Below are positions 62,301 through 64,000 of a stretch of 64,000 nucleotides of DNA, piece by piece. The translations under genes and the position numbers were made by a program. Numbering within the stretch: the first letter of the stretch is position 1; every line of letters starts with the position of its first letter. A model generated the notes under the pieces. That model saw only the letters and a program-made list of their open reading frames with translations. It made no database searches and was not told where the DNA came from. This DNA is from an uncultured Gammaproteobacteria bacterium (lineage in GTDB: Bacteria > Patescibacteriota > Microgenomatia > UBA8517). The stretch spans positions 70,711 through 134,710 of the forward strand of contig CAZRJH010000004.1 in assembly GCA_964600575.1 (NCBI GenBank), read 5' to 3'.

Positions 62301-63632
62301 ATGGACGCATCGGCAAACAATAACGATAATACAGATGGTGTTGACATCGCAGAGTTTTTCCCAAGCCTTCAGGTTTTAACTGCCGGGGATGTAGTTAAGC
62401 TTGACTCGGAAAATGCTGAGCATGTTATTAAATCAGCATCCGCTTATGAAAACAAGGTTGTTGGTATAGTCTCAACAAACCCCGGTATCACATTGGGGCA
62501 AAATAACGGTTCAGCATATGCAATAGCCTTGGCAGGACGTGTTCCGGTAAAAATATCCAATAGTTCCGAAGCGATTATTCCTGGAGATTATGTTACAACT
62601 TCTACAGAAGCGGGTAAGGCTATGAAAGCTTCGGGGAACGGTCGTGTAATCGGTCAAGCGCTGGAAAGCTGGAATCCAAATTCTGGTAAATCCGAAATAG
62701 TAGTATTTATAAACAACAGCTGGTTCGAAAATGCCCCGAGCATTGCGTCGGACGGAACATTGAGTGTGGATTTGAGTGTCGAAAATATAAAAACCAACTC
62801 TATCTCTGCCAAGGACGGTTCTAGTGTTTCTTTGAATTTGGGATCTGCAGCTACAACTTCTGCTGAATTCAAGGTTAGTGATGCATCCGGATCTGCGGTT
62901 TTTGCAATAGACTCAACGGGTAATGCTACAGCCTCGGGGGACTTGTATGCGACAAATCTGCATGCACAAAATATTGAACAAATCGAGGCATTATTGGCGG
63001 ACGTTATGATTGGTCAGGACGCACTAAGTAGTGTTATAGCCGAAAAGATTGCAACGACTTCCGCCAGTTTGGTCGACCTATCAACAGAAAACCTATTTGT
63101 TACAAATCAGGCGGCTGTGTATTCGTTATCCGCAACTACAGCCGTTGCTGTGGGGAGCGATTTTATAATCCAAGGCTTAGACTCGTCCATAAATAGTCTT
63201 GTTGCTCCTCTAAAAATCCAATCACTTGCTTTAGCACCTGTCGAAATAATGGGCGGCCTTGTAAACATAGATACAAGCGGCAATATCGAGATTGCAGGAG
63301 ATTTGGATGTACAAGGTTCGGTTAGTACTGCAGAAATAATAATTACGGGCGATACAGCAGGAAAATCTAAAGTGCCTGCTGGGGCGACCGAAGTTATAAT
63401 CCAAAACCAGAATATAAAACAGGGGACATTGGTATTTATCACTCCAACATCACCAACAAGTAACGGGCTATATATAAAAGAACAAACCGACGGAGAAGTA
63501 AGGGTCGGTTTTGTACTTGCGGAAGACTTCGATGTCACATTTAATTGGTGGATAATCGGCACTGGAGTATTGGGAGAATCAACGCCTTCGGCCTCTCCCA
63601 ATGCAACCGGGTCGGGACAGCTAAATCAATAA
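50397..63632 (+). CDS. Giant (4411 aa) membrane-anchored surface protein, paralog of the 23591..40564 product
   Basis: A 13236-nt open ORF. Cytoplasmic N-terminus with MerR/excisionase-type HTH (LKIAQAAEKLGVSTKTLRRWEASGILTPRRTPGGQRVY). TM near aa 83-103. Then Thr/Gly/Ser/Asn-rich repeats: SSVTINSSGILTGGGSVSLGG...TATEADTLAAVTGRGATTST five times, GTNTGDQTITLTGDVTGTGTGSFATTIAANSVALTTDTTGNYV five times, and large duplicated blocks. Poly-Gly Cys motifs CTGCGGGGG and CSGCGGGGG. The C-terminal ~260 aa are homologous to the minus-strand giant. Confidence 0.85.
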   Translation: MRYLKIAQAAEKLGVSTKTLRRWEASGILTPRRTPGGQRVYLATQVESFVRPQKQTGKTRERVYARVHEVHKSISYKSFAYGGVMTAFLVLTFLSLFKVDFRFRAVSQESNVLGAASTRNPVIAFIEDFTRPVYSLFQSTSKGIQIALAHFDISQTFEGANISVTNNQAGGSTGIADRSITGNKIAIQTILNENIARGQISVDRLVATMSFPSTYLVDLSAIKHTTTSNQGLVLPNTSNSNPSKPTSGEGYLAYDTSGNQLILYNGSNWQTVSGGGGGSGDITTVTAGEGLTGGGDSGDITLNIVGGNGFLVSGDQIDLDTTTTGTTSTTSANSGLEVTTAGLSLIRGCSNSQILKWNASSSIWYCASDNSGSGGSLDIEEGGSVVVSTPTAINFTASEFAVTESPSGVGLIAIDYVNSKISRYDATETLTNKTIAAGSNTISGLTNANLTGSAGITNANLANSSVTINSSGILTGGGSVSLGGNLTLTATEADTLAAVTGRGATTSTALTLSNASNAITAGTLTVGSDAVTDLTGSGLTLSTGALTVSGLTTSNFASPNISQFTNNSGYITSSSSDTLTNKTISGSSNTITSIGNSSLTNSSVTINSSGILTGGGSVSLGGNLTLTATEADTLAAVVTRGSTTTALVNLNGGIISQGAVTGKALVRIDETGDQNLFVASASGVTKFTIDRSGNVAASGNVTGSNLSGTNTGDQTITLTGDVTGTGTGSFATTIAANSVALTTDTTGNYVADLSAGNNAITIAGSAGEGWTPSVSLALQSAANGLSSTTSNGSGLEITTGGLTLLQGCDDGQIIKWNETTDTWACSNDSTGGSSITAKEGGSTIISALSAINFTSNDFVITDEGSNQAGIAVDYTNSKISRYDASETLTNKTISGASNTISNIGNSSLTNSSVTINSSGILTGGGSVALGGTLNLTATEADTLAAVTGRGATTSTLVNLNGGIISQGAVTGKALVRIDETGDQNLFVASASGVTKFTIDRSGNVVASGTIAASNFSGSSSGTNTGDQTITLTGDVTGTGTGSFATTIAANSVALTTDTTGNYVATGASGNGVSLTGGGSEGATLTANLGSLTGDWDQTGAFDIALNNSSSELKILESGSTPTLYGIFDIGDLSSTDSTYTFSGGSGNVLTTANYTGTLDSVYVNVAESPAAGDVAGSFSGGLTLNSNTVDDSELVDSLTYTGAFSVGNLTISDTNIPLTGSSLTFDFNNASDRTLTIANAGAGTANLSVDGTIAASNFSGSSSGTNTGDQTITLTGDVTGSGTGSFATTIAANSVALTTDTTGNYVQSLANGNGITGADGGGEGSALTLAVDQTFGFTLTGNNTFSPSSTNDLTINTDADSTLAQVFSSSTNNTSSNTVSLTNSASSGTIAVKGLDFTFTGTDNAGGANTITGINFANATAHTNNTYNGLTFGTGYTNFLTSGTIDISADGTITGSTIAAGSNTITGLTNSNLSGSAGITNANLANSSVTINSSGILTGGGSVSLGGNITLTATEADTLASVTGRGATTSTALTLSNASNSITAGTLTATGGTINGTVIGGSTPAAATFTTLNSNGDTTLGDAITDNITFTGRVAQDSDLLPITTTGTNDLGSGSLPWDNIYANAITQNGNLVCDASGANCPAGAGYWAQANGAINPTNNSVDLLIGGNATTSAKFAFQNVLTGTPTASISGTTANVSTFLTGEGNLATTNMQPLTIGGSTTGSVQINPKGSVGLFVNGGGSVGVGSTSVTSGYLLDVAGNIRSSNQVFGDGGSFVSFNAAGAYLGDTNYAAGGGIGYGASKTQIWAGSGFPLTFGTAGTEYMRLSSNGGLSLGASYLTTDAGAGNMIVTGTAGFGTSGPDAKVDSLSTSGEQLRLTYTDGSVYAGFTVGSGGDLTIAPSGGDTNVTGNLAATGTVTGSNLSGTNTGDQTITLTGDVTGTGTGSFATTIAANSVALTTDTTGNYVQTLTNGAGISGADGGGEGSALTLAVDQGFSPTWTGSQTFSPGLTNAIDINLDSDSLLTIDQSFTGTTTANSSTLTLTNTSSSGTQNGLYVDNAASSGVTESLLVLDNSDTDTAVTNGIQFVDAGGTFTNLFNVAGTLISSSEFTILDGGIALSELTDSGTLTAGTVDINGGAIDGTTIGGTSAAAGTFTNLTATGDVTMNDSSADTILIGQSGATDDTVTIAGNISLTDDQWSISATGVATGITGITADSVSFANVTGATNTNTLVIGSGGSLATSGTGTITATDLSCADCIGGTEIADLTLGTDTAGNYVASVATSTGLTGGAGGSEGAGLTLSIDQSSSLTWTGNTAFSPSSTNDLTVNTDADSTLAQVFSSGTNNTSSETISLTNSASSGTIAVKGLDFTFTGTDNAGGANTITGINFGNATAHTNNTYNGLTFGTGYTNFLTSGTINIAAGGTITGATLAAGSNTISGLTNSNLSGSAGITNANLANSSVTINSSGILTGGGSVSLGGTLNLTATEADTLASVTGRGATTSTGITLSSASPLTLSNSAPVITLGAGDANGTLTIKDSAGSPNTLLTLTDTGTVGNLAATGTVTGSNLSGTNTGDQTITLTGDVTGTGTGSFTTTIAANSVALTTDTTGNYVQSLTNGAGISGADGGGEGSTLTLAVDQAFSPTWTGGQTFTPGSTNGIDINLDNDSLLTIDQSFSGTTTANSLALTLTNTSSSGTQNGLYLDNAASSGVTESLLVLDNSDTDTAVTNAIQFVDAGGTFTNLFNVAGTLISSSEFTILDGGIILSELTDSGTLTAGTVDINGGAIDGTTIGGTSAASGTFTTLTSTGTVDISSDSGADTITIGQSGTTDDTVTIAGNISLTDDQWSIGATGVGAFVSGTTIGSQTFTTNNIADSGALTIKSASGANALTLDSGTTGNVNLGTSNNAKTIAIGTGNAGNTINVGTDNTVSDTINIGSALDNVSITGDQWSITDAGVLTVASCTGCGGGGGTLQQAYDASSGNTILTTTGRNIAFTLGEVASPTSLTLTNQDTAGVTALALTNSITSGTLTNGILIDQTGAGTLTSALKIVESAGTITDGIVISGTLSNILNSDSIDITGAGAITGATGISTTTLTSTGTSNIGSNSGAVTLDSTGTITLNDAIVSVANQATDFDIIDNTTNAFTVSEGSNNYISLSTNNGAPVVTIDTLENGGTMNFGSSNFSRTVNIGTGTAADTVNIATGGTTADAVTVGNTGVATTFTFNSGATTQSPVVFNLDALTQGTGVDLSLDGLTTGLGLKVDDNTGAGLSTGSLVYVNSVSTALTSPTNGGSLAYFNWNPASTTNATGDLVRINIGSNGNVANLFNVTDNGTSLFRVSESQIESAVPHSFSAVGDVSIAYDLILSNQTSSNIKAKGPLTIDGGELFESNDLTLKTYNAGDTIITNGTSGNIAAFGFDAIAGASGNFFSVNPTLTAMDGSDTVRGVYVNLTNANHTGASNTLNLVDIGAITGDAESTLNAINIGALTGTAATETAINVGSGWDTILSGTTAGTNIFSFTNATLTSGGALTVTSCSGCGGGGGALDTLTAATGDDAALLSADNTIEWNWALTSATSKGITLGESAASTGGSGDQHILRLDTASGSTAGPLEIVSNSADSGDVEINLNSSGDFEVQDAGTAFATFADDGTITLGKSAAASTVNIGTGTGIDTINIGTGATAADALTFGNTGVATTFTFNSGATTQSPVVFNLDALTQGTGVDLSLDGLTTGLGLKVDDNTGAGLSTGSLVYVNSVSTALTSPTNGGSLAYFNWNPASTTNATGDLFRINIGSSGNTSGYLFNITDNGSSLFAVSENQIVSALPHNFTAAGDVSVAYDLVFSNQTSSLIDSYGPLTIRAGESFENNNLTLTTFGTGAIIADTKFSFDSQLTLPDNTTPSVTSGNHYIEANSTNRLITNFTNGTSGQVIFIEIGTANFDLDCTTSNINCGTTDMTGFAAGDQVMLIYDGTNWNLLGWMDASANNNDNTDGVDIAEFFPSLQVLTAGDVVKLDSENAEHVIKSASAYENKVVGIVSTNPGITLGQNNGSAYAIALAGRVPVKISNSSEAIIPGDYVTTSTEAGKAMKASGNGRVIGQALESWNPNSGKSEIVVFINNSWFENAPSIASDGTLSVDLSVENIKTNSISAKDGSSVSLNLGSAATTSAEFKVSDASGSAVFAIDSTGNATASGDLYATNLHAQNIEQIEALLADVMIGQDALSSVIAEKIATTSASLVDLSTENLFVTNQAAVYSLSATTAVAVGSDFIIQGLDSSINSLVAPLKIQSLALAPVEIMGGLVNIDTSGNIEIAGDLDVQGSVSTAEIIITGDTAGKSKVPAGATEVIIQNQNIKQGTLVFITPTSPTSNGLYIKEQTDGEVRVGFVLAEDFDVTFNWWIIGTGVLGESTPSASPNATGSGQLNQ
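54180..58830 (+). repeat. Mosaic segmental duplications inside the plus-strand giant gene (units of ~0.3-0.75 kb repeated at ~1.9-2.9 kb spacing)
   Basis: ADSTLAQVFSS.TNNTSS.T.SLTNSASSGTIAVKGLDFTFTGTDNAGGANTITGINF.NATAHTNNTYNGLTFGTGYTNFLTSGTI occurs at ~54470-54740 and ~57380-57650. TIDQSF.GTTTANS..LTLTNTSSSGTQNGLY.DNAASSGVTESLLVLDNSDTDTAVTN.IQFVDAGGTFTNLFNVAGTLISSSEFTILDGGI.LSELTDSGTLTAGTVDINGGAIDGTTIGGTSAA occurs at ~56460-56880 and ~58400-58810. Confidence 0.8.
60030..60330 (+). repeat. Copy 1 of a near-identical ~300-bp direct repeat within the plus-strand giant gene
   Basis: ggagttgcaactacatttacatttaactcgggtgcaacaactcaatctccggttgtgtttaatcttgatgcattaactcaaggaacaggagtcgatctatc... is virtually identical to 61446-61746. 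Encodes GVATTFTFNSGATTQSPVVFNLDALTQGTGVDLSLDGLTTGLGLKVDDNTGAGLSTGSLVYVNSVSTALTSPTNGGSLAYFNWNPASTTNATGDL. Confidence 0.85.
61446..61746 (+). repeat. Copy 2 of the ~300-bp near-identical direct repeat (1416 bp downstream of copy 1)
   Basis: Same as above, with only a few synonymous or near-synonymous differences over ~270 bp. Confidence 0.85.
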
Positions 63633-63633
63633 T

Positions 63634-64000
63634 ATGCTAAAGATATTCAATATATTTAAGTTCAAAAATACGGCTAGGAGTAACAAACTTATAACTAGTT
63701 TAATTTCTATTGTTTTAATAATCATCATTGTTAGCTTTACCTTTCTTAAACCCAGACTTGCTTTGGCGGATAGTACATTGGGGTTTGATGAAGGTTATGG
63801 CACTACAGTTTCGGACGGAAACGGTAATATTAGTGGAACGATAACTAATGCACTTTGGAGAACAGATGAACTTTGTTTCGACGGCAAATGCTTGTACTTT
63901 GATGGCTCGGGTGATTATGTAAGTTTTGGAGATGACTCGGATTTGGATAAAGCAGCCTCTGATAACTTTACCTTGGAAGGTTGGTTTAGAACACCGGATA
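63634..64000 (+). CDS. 5' part of a LamG (concanavalin-A-like lectin/Laminin_G_3) domain secreted protein, truncated by the window end
   Basis: ATG 63634 lies 1 nt after the giant-gene stop. An N-terminal TM/signal (LITSLISIVLIIIIVSFTFL) is followed by LWRTDELCFDGKCLYFDGSGDYVSFGDDSDLDKAASDNFTLEGWFRTPD, a typical start of a Laminin_G_3 domain. Frame is open to the window end. Confidence 0.6.
   Translation, partial: MLKIFNIFKFKNTARSNKLITSLISIVLIIIIVSFTFLKPRLALADSTLGFDEGYGTTVSDGNGNISGTITNALWRTDELCFDGKCLYFDGSGDYVSFGDDSDLDKAASDNFTLEGWFRTPD

Noticed and set aside
50795-63601. Minus-strand ORFs inside the plus-strand giant gene (for example 57584..58186 with 200 aa, 54701..55258 with 185 aa, 58406..58903, 63107..63601)
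   Set aside because: These are the same antisense artefact of repetitive GC-skewed codon usage. They are Pro/Val-rich low-complexity translations.
1-64000. Alternative genetic code (UGA as Gly, as in some CPR lineages)
   Set aside because: All large ORFs, including leuS, argS and both giant genes, are intact and terminate appropriately under code 11, with TGA used as a stop in the ATGA overlaps. Recoding does not need to be invoked.

Overview
This is a low-GC window of about 64 kb with very tight gene packing, including many ATGA and TAATG start/stop overlaps. Standard code 11 appears to apply, since leuS, argS and two giant ORFs of 17 kb and 13 kb stay open without UGA readthrough. The gene content and architecture look like a Patescibacteria/CPR-type genome. 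That assignment is inferred from content and not proven.

Three blocks stand out.

1. A long plus-strand operon runs from 1 to 18195. It carries a tandem array of at least 11 paralogous, N-terminally anchored Cys/His-rich repeat proteins, with an upstream partial copy making 12. Their invariant motifs are CHDxxHxIG, CxYGFYHGF and CYHGIGHG. Three of them have a cupredoxin-like domain whose type-1 copper Cys is replaced by Asp or Asn. The array is interrupted by GT-C/YfhO-like polytopic membrane proteins.

2. A minus-strand cluster at 18187..23612 encodes sugar-modification and glycosylation enzymes: a DegT aminotransferase, a GT2, an FdtA-like cupin and a SAM methyltransferase. A secreted Cys/Asp-rich protein and a membrane protein sit beside them.

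3. Two giant paralogous surface-protein genes are oriented divergently: 5657 aa on the minus strand (23591..40564) and 4411 aa on the plus strand (50397..63632). Both are Thr/Gly/Asn/Ser-rich with nested tandem and mosaic repeats, and they share a roughly 260-aa C-terminal domain and a roughly 150-aa internal module. Each begins with a short cytoplasmic DNA-binding-type domain followed by one TM helix: an integrase-N-terminal SAM-like domain on one, a MerR/excisionase HTH on the other. A stand-alone protein with two tandem integrase-SAM-like domains and no catalytic domain lies next to the minus-strand giant gene.

The giants bracket a housekeeping core: leuS, a hypothetical gene, comEA, a split comEC, and argS. 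A truncated LamG-domain gene starts at the window end. I found no rRNA, tRNA, CRISPR array or complete mobile element.
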